Positions 9,357 through 17,804 of a stretch of 64,000 nt of DNA are shown one piece after another (position 1 is the stretch's first letter; each line of letters begins with the position of its first letter). The stretch lies in NCBI GenBank assembly GCA_964551945.1, contig CAZKFH010000004.1:30435-94434 (forward strand), given 5' to 3'. Below the pieces are notes generated by a model. That model saw nothing but the letters and a program-made list of their open reading frames with translations. It did not search any database and was not told the origin of the DNA. The stretch comes from an uncultured Actinomycetes bacterium. GTDB taxonomy: Bacteria > Actinomycetota > UBA4738 > CALAEC01. The position numbers and the translations under genes are program-made.

Positions 9357-9598
9357 TCCCAGATCCGCTCCAGGTGCCACCGGCCGGAGCGCCGGTCCTG
9401 ATAGATGTCGCAGACCGCGCCGCCCCGCGCCTCCACCCGCCAGTACTCGCGGTCACGGCCGTCCTCCCACCACCGGCCCTCGATCCGCCAGCGGCCGATC
9501 ACGTCCGCGACCTGGTACTGCCGGGAACGCCAGCGGAACGCGGCGGGCATGCCGGCGTCACGCTCGACCTTGACCTCCTCGTCGTACCGGATCCCCAC
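9353..9598 (-). CDS. Small Trp/Arg-rich hypothetical protein, predicted SOS-inducible
   Basis: 3' part of listed ORF 9353..9859; candidate starts GTG 9598 (81 aa) or ATG 9550 (65 aa: MPAAFRWRSRQYQVADVIGRWRIEGRWWEDGRDREYWRVEARGG...). LexA box 10 nt upstream of the GTG. Convergent 4-nt overlap with paralog 1. Confidence 0.45.
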   Translation of the reverse strand: MGIRYDEEVKVERDAGMPAAFRWRSRQYQVADVIGRWRIEGRWWEDGRDREYWRVEARGGAVCDIYQDRRSGRWHLERIWD

Positions 9599-9608
9599 CT
9601 TCGCCCCC

Positions 9609-9624
9609 TCGAACGTATGTTCGA
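9609..9624. promoter_or_regulatory. LexA (SOS) operator TCGAAC-N4-GTTCGA
   Basis: Perfect palindrome TCGAACGTATGTTCGA in the 380-bp gap between two phosphodiesterase paralogs, immediately upstream of the minus-strand small ORF. Confidence 0.65.
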
Positions 9625-9737
9625 CCGGACCTGTGAAGGTACTCCGGAGCCATTTGGGTGTCAAGCCGAGCCTGACGGCCCAACCGCGCCTCGATAGACT
9701 TCCGCGTTCCCATGACCCTTGACCCCACGAGCATTTC

Positions 9738-11387
9738 TTGACCGTTCGAGCGGGCGCGCTCCTCCTGCTGCTGGCGATGGCGGCAGCGTGCACGGAAGAC
9801 GCACCGACGCCGCGGTCGTCACCCTCGCCGACGGCCTCGGCGACCGCGTCCCCCTCCATCGATCCGTCCGAGCCGCCCAGCCGCTACGCGCGCATCGCCT
9901 GCAGCCTGCCGCGCGAGCAGATCCTGCGCGTGTACAACGGCACCAACCCCGATCGCTCCGGCGAGCTGCAGTTCGTTCCCCAGGAGCCGAACTACGTCGG
10001 GAACTTCGCGTCACACTCGGGACCGTGGGATTACCTCCAGGACGTCCCCCTGTTCCTCTACGGGCCCGGCCACGTTCCCGCGACCGGGGAAGTTCCCCGC
10101 AAGGCGACCGTCGCGGATCTCGCTCCGACGTACGCCGAGATGATCGACTTCGAGTTCGACGCTCCCGACGGCCAACCGCTGACGGAGGCGATCGGTCCCG
10201 CAGCGGATCCCCCGAAGCTGATCCTGACGGTCGTCTGGGACGGCGCCGGGATCAACGTGCTGGAGCAGTACCCGCGCGCGTGGCCGGTCGTGAAGGCCCT
10301 GATCCCCAACGGCGCCTGGTACGAGAACGCGACTGTGGGCTCCTCACCCTCGGTGACGCCGGCGATCCACTCGACGATCGGCACCGGCGCGTTCCCCCGC
10401 ACGCACGGGATCGTCGATCTGCGCTTCCGGATCGAGGGCGCCGTGGACCCCTCGGCGTTCCAACGAGCCACGCTGATGGTCGGTCCGAGCCTCGGTGACG
10501 TCTACGACGCCGCGCTCGACAATCAGCCCGTGATCGGGATGGTCGGCGCCGAGGGAACGCTCGGCATGATCGGGCACGGCTCGCTGTGGGAGAACGGTGA
10601 CTTCGACATCGCGGCGGCGTCGCGCGCCGGCGAGTGGGGGCTCGCCGGTAACAACAACGAGTTCTACGAGTTCCCGGCGTACGTCCACGACCTTCCCGGC
10701 TACGACAAGGTACCGGCTGAAGCCGATCGCGACGACGGCACAGTTGACGGCACGTGGTTCGGCGCCGAGCTCGACACGCCGGACAGCTACACATACACCG
10801 AGGCGTACAACCGCTACCAGACCGGAGTGATCGAGGAGGTCATCGAGCGGGAGGAGTTCGGCCGGGACGAGATCACCGACCTCCTGTACGTCAACTACAA
10901 GCAGATCGACAAGGTCGGGCACAAGTTCTCGTTCCCGTCGCAGGCCATGGAGAAGGCGGTGAAGGGAAGCGACAACGCGTTCGAGGCCCTGGTCGAGGTC
11001 CTAGACCGCCAGGTCGGCGAGGGTGAGTGGGTCATGGCGCTCACGGCCGACCACGGCTCCACCCCCTTGCCCGAGACGACCGGGGCGGTCATCATCGATA
11101 ACTTCGAGCTTGCCAGGGACCTCCTTGCCGAGTTCGATGGGGACGACGACGACCGGCCCGTGATCCAGAGCCCGCGCGTGACCCAGACCTGGGTCGACCT
11201 GGAGGAGCTCGAGGAGCACGGCCACACGTTGGAGGACATGGCGGACTACCTGATGGCGTACACGCGGGCCGACAACGCGGTCGACCCCTCGAGCGTTCCG
11301 GCCGACGCTGCAGATGATCGGCTGTTCGCCGCGTCGTTCCCGAGCGCGGAGCTCGACACGCTCCCCTGCCTGGAGCCGGCCTCATGA
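9738..11387 (+). CDS. Type I phosphodiesterase / nucleotide pyrophosphatase-like lipoprotein, paralog 2
   Basis: TTG start; signal peptide with lipobox (LAMAAAC). Motifs LILTVVWDGAGINVL, GSSPSVTPAIHSTIGTGAFPRTHG, LTADHGS. Colinear similarity to paralog 1 over the full length. Confidence 0.75.
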   Translation: MTVRAGALLLLLAMAAACTEDAPTPRSSPSPTASATASPSIDPSEPPSRYARIACSLPREQILRVYNGTNPDRSGELQFVPQEPNYVGNFASHSGPWDYLQDVPLFLYGPGHVPATGEVPRKATVADLAPTYAEMIDFEFDAPDGQPLTEAIGPAADPPKLILTVVWDGAGINVLEQYPRAWPVVKALIPNGAWYENATVGSSPSVTPAIHSTIGTGAFPRTHGIVDLRFRIEGAVDPSAFQRATLMVGPSLGDVYDAALDNQPVIGMVGAEGTLGMIGHGSLWENGDFDIAAASRAGEWGLAGNNNEFYEFPAYVHDLPGYDKVPAEADRDDGTVDGTWFGAELDTPDSYTYTEAYNRYQTGVIEEVIEREEFGRDEITDLLYVNYKQIDKVGHKFSFPSQAMEKAVKGSDNAFEALVEVLDRQVGEGEWVMALTADHGSTPLPETTGAVIIDNFELARDLLAEFDGDDDDRPVIQSPRVTQTWVDLEELEEHGHTLEDMADYLMAYTRADNAVDPSSVPADAADDRLFAASFPSAELDTLPCLEPAS

Positions 11388-14300
11388 CGAAGACCGGCCG
11401 CTCCTGGGCAGCGGTCGCGACCGTCACCGCGATCGTGGCGGTGATGGGGTGGCAGTTCTTCACCGACGCGTCTCGCGCGGTGCCGGCGTTCGACACCGCG
11501 TACTACGAGTGGCGCGTCGAGTACCTCTTGGCCGAGGAGCCCGGCGCGCTGATCGACCTGCGAGGGGCGGACGGCGCGCTCGCCAGCGGGTACCGCGTCG
11601 CTGAGCCGGTGCTGGGAGCGCTCCTGCGAACGGTCGGCGGGGTCGACGACTCCGTTCCGTCGGTCGTGCTCTCGATCCTGTTCCGCGTGCTGTGCGCGCT
11701 GGGGATGGCTGCGTTCGCGTGGCGGCACCGGAGGAACTGGCTCCTCTTCTACCTCACCCTGCTGACGATCCCGGCGCTGTTCCTGCTGCAGCGGTTCTTC
11801 GGCTACATGGACAACTTCATGACGGGGGCTCTGCTCGCGGGAGCGCTCGTGCTGCTCGACCGGATGCGGGAGTCCTGGGGGGCACGGATCGCCGTCACCT
11901 TGTTCTTCTTCCTCTCGGGGCTGAGCCATCCGACAACCCTCGTGATCCTGTTGCTGTCTCTCGGTGCCGTCGCGGTGTACCGGTTCGTACGGGAGCGGTC
12001 GCTCCTCAAGGCCCTGCAGTCGGAGGGCCTCGTCATCGCGACCGGCACGGTCTCGGTGATCATGACCGCGGCGTTCTGGTTGGGAGGCCTGTGGGGTCCG
12101 ACGTCCTCGTTCAGCGACGCGGCCGTCCCACCCCCGGCCGACGTCGACTATTTCGTCAACCGAAGCCTCGGCGTGATGAAGAACCTCCAGCCCTTCGACC
12201 CGGCCACCGCCCCGGACTGGATGGTGCTGCTTGGCGTCGCCGCGCTCGGCGCCCTGATGCTCGCGGGGCTGGTGCACCTTGTTCGGCGCATCGGCAAGGA
12301 CCGCGAGTACTTCGCGGAGATCACAGTCGGCTGGACGCTCCCGCTCCTGGGGATGCTCGGGTTCCTGGTCGGCTTCGCGTACCCGTACTTCCGCTTCTTC
12401 AACGCGACGCTCGCTCCTCTGTCGCTCGCGGCGCTCGGGCTGGCGCTGTTCATCGCGGGCGCACGGAAGATCGGCGGGCAGCGGCTCGCGGTGCTGGCGC
12501 TCGTGGCCGTCGTGGCCCTCCTCGGAGGCTGGTGGTACCGCGGCCTGTCGGCGTGGAACGAGACGGGGACGTGGCTCACGCCCGAGATCCGAACGACCAC
12601 CTCCGCGCTGAACGGCTACCTCGAAGCCGACCCCGACGTTCGGGCACTCATGGTGGTCGACGCCCAGGGCGAGTCGCAGGTCTCCTATGGCGCCTACAAG
12701 GAGTACCTGAACGCGACGTACGCGGGGATCGACGGAGAGAACATCGACCGCGTCACGTTCTTCTTCGGCCGCATCGAGGACCTCGAGGCCGGTCAGGCCA
12801 CGGAACTCCCCGGCAACGACGTCTACAACACGATCGCCACTGAGACCGCGAAGGAGGCACTCGCGGTCCTCGAGGAGGACAACGTCGTCGTGTTCCTGCC
12901 AGCCGAGATGAACACCCCCTCCTCAAACGAGGAATACCTGGGTGAATGCACCGAGGTCATCTTTCGGACCGGGACGTTCTTGAGCGACACCCAACCGTGT
13001 TCAGAGGTCGGGAACAGCGGTCTCTACGCGGTCCCCGGCTTGTCGTCATCTGAGATCGACGAAGCTTCCTTCCGAAGCGCTTTTGAAGCCGGCGCGACGG
13101 CCGCCTCGCAGGCGACCACCTTCGCAACCAATCCACCGGGGCCCTTCGAGAACATCGGTTCGACGCTGCTGGCAACGCTGAGGCTCGCGCTCCTCTTCCT
13201 GCTTCCCGGATGGCTCTTCTACCGGAGGTTCGAGCGGCGCTCGTTCCCCGAGGCACTCGCGCTCGTGCCGTTGTTCTCGATCGCGGCGGTGACCACGATC
13301 GGGGTCTTCGCGATGGCGATCGTCCGCTCGCCGTTCAGCCCGACCATCGGATGGGCATCGTGGGGCATCGCCGTGCTCATCGCGGCATTCTGGAGGCTCC
13401 CCGCAGGCATCCGCCGCCGTCGCGATGCGCTCTTCGCCGGTCCCGCCCGGCTGATCGACTCCACCGCCCTGCTCTTCAAGAAGCGCGACTTCACGGCATT
13501 GATGGGCGCGCAGTGGCTCGCACAGGCCGCGGACGGGCTCGTCGCGGCATCGATCGCGAAGCTCATCACGTTCGGTGGGCAGAGCGGCTTGGACGTCGAG
13601 GCCGCGGGCTCGCCGCGCGACGCGCTGGTGATCGTGCTGCTCACCTTCCTGCCCTACACCCTCTTCAGCCCGTTCCTCGGAGTCGCGATCGACCGCGGCG
13701 ACCGACGGAAGCTGCTGATCTGGGCGAACGCCGTGCGGACCGTGATCCTCGCCGCGATCGTGGTGCTCGGTCTCTCCACGATCGGCGACGCCGCGCTCTA
13801 CGTCTCGCTGCTCCTGGTTCTGGCCGGCACCCGTCTGTTGCTGGCGATCAAGAGCGCCGCGCTCCCGACGATCCTCGGCGGCCGTGACCTCCTGCAGGGC
13901 AACTCGATCTCCCAGGCCGGGAGCGCCCTGTTCCAGCTCTTCGGCGCGGGAGTCGGGCTCGTCGCGTCCGGGCTCCTGAACACGCGCGTGATCCTGATCG
14001 GCGGCGTGCTTCTCTACGCGGGAGCCACCGCTTCCTCGATCGCCGTTCGCAATCTCGCCGGCGACACGGGCAAGGACTCGCTCTCGGGCGAGCTTCGGCG
14101 GGTGTTCGGCAACATGATCGACGGCTTCAAGGAGGTGCGCCGCCGCGCGGCCGCCGGGATCGGCCTGCTCTCTTTCCTTACGGTGCGAAGCATGCTGACG
14201 ATGGTCGTCCTCGCGACCGGCTTCGCGTCCCGCGAGCTGATCGAGGCAGAGGGCCTCACCTCAACCGCGATTCCCGGTCTCGCCGGAGTGCTCGGGGCCG

Positions 14301-14731
14301 GCCTCGGATTCGTCATCGCGCACAACGTTCGTGAGCGCGTCGCGGCGGCTCGGATCGTCAGTGGTGCCCTGATCGTCGGTGCGATCGGCATGCTCGCGTT
14401 CGGCGGGATCGTGTCGATCCTTGGGATCTCGCTGATGGCATTCTCGGTGGGTCTCGCGTTCTTCCTCGGCAAGGTCGGGGTCGACACGATGATGCAGGAG
14501 GCCCTCGACGACCGGTTCCGAGGACGCGGCTTCAGCCTTCAGGACATCGCGTACAACATCTCCTGGCTGCTGCCGGCGTTCGTGCTGTACCTCTTCGTGG
14601 GTGAGAACTTCGACCGTGTACGGATCCTGCTCGTGATCGCGGGCGTCGTGTTCCTGGCGGTGGCGCTGCTGATCGGGTTCGCCGCGCGGCGCCTGCCCGT
14701 TACGGGAAAGGAACCGACGCGGGCGACGTGA
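11384..14731 (+). CDS. Large fusion membrane protein: N-terminal ~650-aa polytopic domain with a big extracytoplasmic loop (GT-C-like glycosyl/lipid transferase architecture, low confidence) fused to a C-terminal 12-TM MFS-type transporter domain
   Basis: 1115 aa; ATGA overlap with paralog 2 stop (translational coupling). N-domain has many hydrophobic helices, a first-loop DTAYYEWRVEY acidic motif and a ~250-aa soluble segment (residues ~400-650). C-domain (from ~FKKRDFTALMGAQWLAQAADGLVAAS...) has MFS-like paired 6+6 TM organisation with basic interhelix loops. Confidence 0.65.
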   Translation: MTKTGRSWAAVATVTAIVAVMGWQFFTDASRAVPAFDTAYYEWRVEYLLAEEPGALIDLRGADGALASGYRVAEPVLGALLRTVGGVDDSVPSVVLSILFRVLCALGMAAFAWRHRRNWLLFYLTLLTIPALFLLQRFFGYMDNFMTGALLAGALVLLDRMRESWGARIAVTLFFFLSGLSHPTTLVILLLSLGAVAVYRFVRERSLLKALQSEGLVIATGTVSVIMTAAFWLGGLWGPTSSFSDAAVPPPADVDYFVNRSLGVMKNLQPFDPATAPDWMVLLGVAALGALMLAGLVHLVRRIGKDREYFAEITVGWTLPLLGMLGFLVGFAYPYFRFFNATLAPLSLAALGLALFIAGARKIGGQRLAVLALVAVVALLGGWWYRGLSAWNETGTWLTPEIRTTTSALNGYLEADPDVRALMVVDAQGESQVSYGAYKEYLNATYAGIDGENIDRVTFFFGRIEDLEAGQATELPGNDVYNTIATETAKEALAVLEEDNVVVFLPAEMNTPSSNEEYLGECTEVIFRTGTFLSDTQPCSEVGNSGLYAVPGLSSSEIDEASFRSAFEAGATAASQATTFATNPPGPFENIGSTLLATLRLALLFLLPGWLFYRRFERRSFPEALALVPLFSIAAVTTIGVFAMAIVRSPFSPTIGWASWGIAVLIAAFWRLPAGIRRRRDALFAGPARLIDSTALLFKKRDFTALMGAQWLAQAADGLVAASIAKLITFGGQSGLDVEAAGSPRDALVIVLLTFLPYTLFSPFLGVAIDRGDRRKLLIWANAVRTVILAAIVVLGLSTIGDAALYVSLLLVLAGTRLLLAIKSAALPTILGGRDLLQGNSISQAGSALFQLFGAGVGLVASGLLNTRVILIGGVLLYAGATASSIAVRNLAGDTGKDSLSGELRRVFGNMIDGFKEVRRRAAAGIGLLSFLTVRSMLTMVVLATGFASRELIEAEGLTSTAIPGLAGVLGAGLGFVIAHNVRERVAAARIVSGALIVGAIGMLAFGGIVSILGISLMAFSVGLAFFLGKVGVDTMMQEALDDRFRGRGFSLQDIAYNISWLLPAFVLYLFVGENFDRVRILLVIAGVVFLAVALLIGFAARRLPVTGKEPTRAT

Positions 14732-16475
14732 GGTCGCCCTCCGGGTACTCGCCCGGACCCGCTGCACCCACTTGCGCGTCTGTCAGCGCGCCCAGGTAGT
14801 CGCCGGGAAACGCGCCGGCGAAGACCAGCCGATCGAGCTCCTCATCGGAGATCTTCGAGCGATCCGCGTCCTTCGGCAGACCGTCGCCGTAGCGGTATTC
14901 GCCCACGAACCGCGCGACGTCCTCGAGCGTGATGCCAGCGACGTCCATGGCCCCCCGATCGAGGAACAGGCCCGACGGGGTCACCTTCTGCACGATCTCG
15001 CGACCGAAGTACGCGTCGACGTCCTGGCCGAGCACGTCGGGGTGGATGCGAAGGCCGCCGGTGGTCTCCGGGAGCGGCGTCTGGCCGTGATCCGCGGTGT
15101 AGGCAAGCACCCACTCCCCCTTGCCGACCTCCCGGTCGAGCGTGTCGACGATCTCTCCGAGCAGCTGATCTTGCGCGCGCAATACCTCCTCCTCCTCGGG
15201 CGCGACCATGTTCCAGAGGTGACCGCCGAAGTCGGTCGGCTTCAGCTCGACGAACAGCAGGTCCGTGACGTCATCGTCGCCGAACGGCTCGCGGCGCATC
15301 ATCTCGAGCAGCGCCTGTCCCTGATGGATGACGAACGCCGGGGTCGCGGGGATGACCTTCGGGTCCTGCAGGTCGTACTCGTTCCACATCCCGTCGAGCT
15401 TGCCGTCCTCGGCGTCCTGCTCGTCGAGCCGCGCGCGCAGATCGTCCTCGCCGGGGAGGTAGTCGGGAACCTCGTACAGCTCCTCGTTCGCGAAGAACTC
15501 GCCGACCCCCTCGTCGGGGTTCCATAGAACCGCGACGTCGCGATCAGCGCCGGTCGGCTGAGCACCGTGACTCATCATCCCCAGGTGCCAGGACTCGTAG
15601 CCGATCATCCCCACCCAGGCCTCGTTGTTCGTGTCGAGATCCCACTGATCGGCCAACGTCGTATCGAGCAGCAGCTGAGGGTCGGCATCGTGCTCGAAGA
15701 AGAGATCGCCGACACTTCCGTCCGGGAGCCGACCGGTGATCTCCGCCATACCGTGACTGCTCGGGTACCGCCCGGTCCCCATGTTCGCGTGGATCGCTGA
15801 GGTGACTGCCGGCGCCGAGCCGATCGTGGCGTTCGTGAACACCGTCCCCTCATCCATCAGCCTGCGTAGCTCGGGCCACGCATCAGGCCAGCGTTCGAGC
15901 AGATTCCAGCCTCCCCCGTCGTACGCGACGAGGACGACGGCTCGCGGCCGCGTGGTGAGCGGCGCGGGCTGAGGCTCGGGAGGGGCAGGTGGGAGTGCCT
16001 CTCGAAGAGGCAGTCCTGCGGGGTCGAAGTAGTGAAGCGGGTGCCCGAACCGGGTCGTCTTCCCCAGCAGCCAGCCGAAGGACGGCGCCAGGTCAGTCAC
16101 ATCAACAGAGCGATCCGAGGGTGGCCCCGGCGTGATGTGCCCAGGCCCGTAGAGGACGATCGGGACGCGCTGGTGATAGCTCCATGGCGTCGGGTGAGTG
16201 GTGCTCGGGTCGGCGTCATCGGTGCCGAGACCTACGCCGCTCCAGCGGACCACCACGTTGTACGGCTCCGGCACGAACGCGATATCGGTCGAGGTCGCCG
16301 GGTAGTACCCCCGCCGCAGGGCCGTGAGGACGTCCCCGCCGACCGCCTCGGCCATCTGGTCGAGTGTGCGGGACTCTTGGGGCGGCCCCGGGACGGGACG
16401 AGGCTCTTCCTCCGTGCAGCCCGCAGCGAGGAGGAGAACCGTCAGGACGAGGGCCGCACGGGGCGCGGGAAGCAT
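14700..16475 (-). CDS. Type I phosphodiesterase / nucleotide pyrophosphatase-like lipoprotein, paralog 3
   Basis: 3' part of listed 811-aa ORF; start ATG 16475 (MLPAPRAALVLTVLLLAAGC lipobox). Motifs VVLVAYDGGGWNLL, GSAPAVTSAIHANMGTGRYPSSHG, YTADHGQ. 32-nt convergent overlap with the fusion gene. Confidence 0.75.
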   Translation of the reverse strand: MLPAPRAALVLTVLLLAAGCTEEEPRPVPGPPQESRTLDQMAEAVGGDVLTALRRGYYPATSTDIAFVPEPYNVVVRWSGVGLGTDDADPSTTHPTPWSYHQRVPIVLYGPGHITPGPPSDRSVDVTDLAPSFGWLLGKTTRFGHPLHYFDPAGLPLREALPPAPPEPQPAPLTTRPRAVVLVAYDGGGWNLLERWPDAWPELRRLMDEGTVFTNATIGSAPAVTSAIHANMGTGRYPSSHGMAEITGRLPDGSVGDLFFEHDADPQLLLDTTLADQWDLDTNNEAWVGMIGYESWHLGMMSHGAQPTGADRDVAVLWNPDEGVGEFFANEELYEVPDYLPGEDDLRARLDEQDAEDGKLDGMWNEYDLQDPKVIPATPAFVIHQGQALLEMMRREPFGDDDVTDLLFVELKPTDFGGHLWNMVAPEEEEVLRAQDQLLGEIVDTLDREVGKGEWVLAYTADHGQTPLPETTGGLRIHPDVLGQDVDAYFGREIVQKVTPSGLFLDRGAMDVAGITLEDVARFVGEYRYGDGLPKDADRSKISDEELDRLVFAGAFPGDYLGALTDAQVGAAGPGEYPEGDLTSPASVPFP

Positions 16476-16526
16476 GGAGCGGGATGATACCCGTCGTTGT
16501 GGAGCCGCTCGCGCGACAATGGCCGC

Positions 16527-17804
16527 ATGCTCTCCCGAAGACGGCTGCTCGTCGCCGTGGGTATCGCTGCCCTGATCACCCTCCCGGCCGGTGTGCTCGC
16601 CGGCCTTTGCGTCGGCAATGCCTGCCGCCGCGAGGAGCGAGCGACGGGACGCGTCCCCTTCTGCTCGCTTCCGCAGGACCTCCGCTCCCTGATCGCGGCC
16701 GGCTTTCGTGACGGACGCTCCCCGCACGTCATGACGGTGACGAGCCGGGAGGCGAATGCCGAGCCGGCCGAGATGCCGGTCGCGTTCGCCGGAACCGGCG
16801 TGACGCCGGGGGCCGAGGTTCCGGCCGGCACGACCCTCGACGCGGTGGCACCGACGCTGGCCGAGATCATCGGGCTCCGCCGGCCCCACCCCGGGGTGCG
16901 CTCGGGCGAACCGGTGAGCGGGGTCGCATCCGGCGAGGCTCCGCGACTCGTCGTGCTCGTCGCGTGGAAGGGAGTGACGAGCCGGCTGCTCGAGAGAAGT
17001 CCTCAGCTGTGGCCCGTTCTCCGGGGGCTGTTCGAGGACGGTGCGGGCACGCTCGAGGCGACGCCGGGCTCCCTTCCGCTCGACCCCGCAGCCCTGCTGG
17101 CAACGGTCGGGACCGGTGGCCTTCCCCGCGATCACGGCATCACGGGCTCGCTGATCCGGAACGATCAGGGTGACGTCGTCGAGCCCTGGTCCGAGGGCGC
17201 GCCGTTCTCGGTGATCGCGACGGTCGCGGACGACCTCGACGAGCTGGGACAGCAGGCGCCGCGGGTCGGCCTGATCGGTACCGAGGAGACGGACCGGGGG
17301 CTAGCCGGAGGGAACTGGTACGTCGAGAACGACACCGACGACGTCGTGATCGAGCCAACCCTCGAGGGGCAGGCCATCGCCGCGGACACTCTATTGAACT
17401 CCGGGTACGGCGCCGACGCGACCACCGACCTGCTCGCGGTCGCGATGGAGGGGCCCATCCCCCGGCTCGACCAAACCTTGGGACGCCTCCTGGTTGCCGC
17501 TGAACGCACGAGCGGAGGATCGCTCGCGGTGGCCGTCTTGGGAGCTCCATCCGTCACGCGCCAAGGAGCGGCGGCGTTGACTCCGGCCGAGCTCGAGACG
17601 GAGCTCCAGAATCGCCTCGAAGCCGACGTGGTCGAGGCTATCGTGGGGAACGGTGTGTTCCTCGACCAGGAAGCGATGACGGTGAGCGGCCTGTCGGACG
17701 ACCGTGTCGTCGTGGCGCTCCGAGGTCTCGAGACCCCGACGGGCGAACGCGTGTTCCTCGACGTCTTTCCCTCCATCGCGGTGACGTTCGCGAGGTATTG
17801 CTGA
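16527..17804 (+). CDS. Degenerate (likely catalytically inactive) paralog of the phosphodiesterase-like family
   Basis: Signal-like N-terminus (MLSRRRLLVAVGIAALITLPAGVLAGLC). Colinear with the paralogs, but the metal-binding Asp is replaced (LVVLVAWKGVTSRLL), the nucleophile block is mutated (GSLPLDPAALLATVGTGGLPRDHG) and the C-terminal ADHG motif is absent. Divergently transcribed from paralog 3 across a 51-bp gap. Confidence 0.6.
   Translation: MLSRRRLLVAVGIAALITLPAGVLAGLCVGNACRREERATGRVPFCSLPQDLRSLIAAGFRDGRSPHVMTVTSREANAEPAEMPVAFAGTGVTPGAEVPAGTTLDAVAPTLAEIIGLRRPHPGVRSGEPVSGVASGEAPRLVVLVAWKGVTSRLLERSPQLWPVLRGLFEDGAGTLEATPGSLPLDPAALLATVGTGGLPRDHGITGSLIRNDQGDVVEPWSEGAPFSVIATVADDLDELGQQAPRVGLIGTEETDRGLAGGNWYVENDTDDVVIEPTLEGQAIAADTLLNSGYGADATTDLLAVAMEGPIPRLDQTLGRLLVAAERTSGGSLAVAVLGAPSVTRQGAAALTPAELETELQNRLEADVVEAIVGNGVFLDQEAMTVSGLSDDRVVVALRGLETPTGERVFLDVFPSIAVTFARYC

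Noticed and set aside
11246-12277. 343-aa minus ORF and several 100-380-aa ORFs inside the 11384..14731 membrane gene
   Set aside because: Low-complexity R/E/G/H-rich products; the plus frame encodes a continuous hydrophobic membrane protein.
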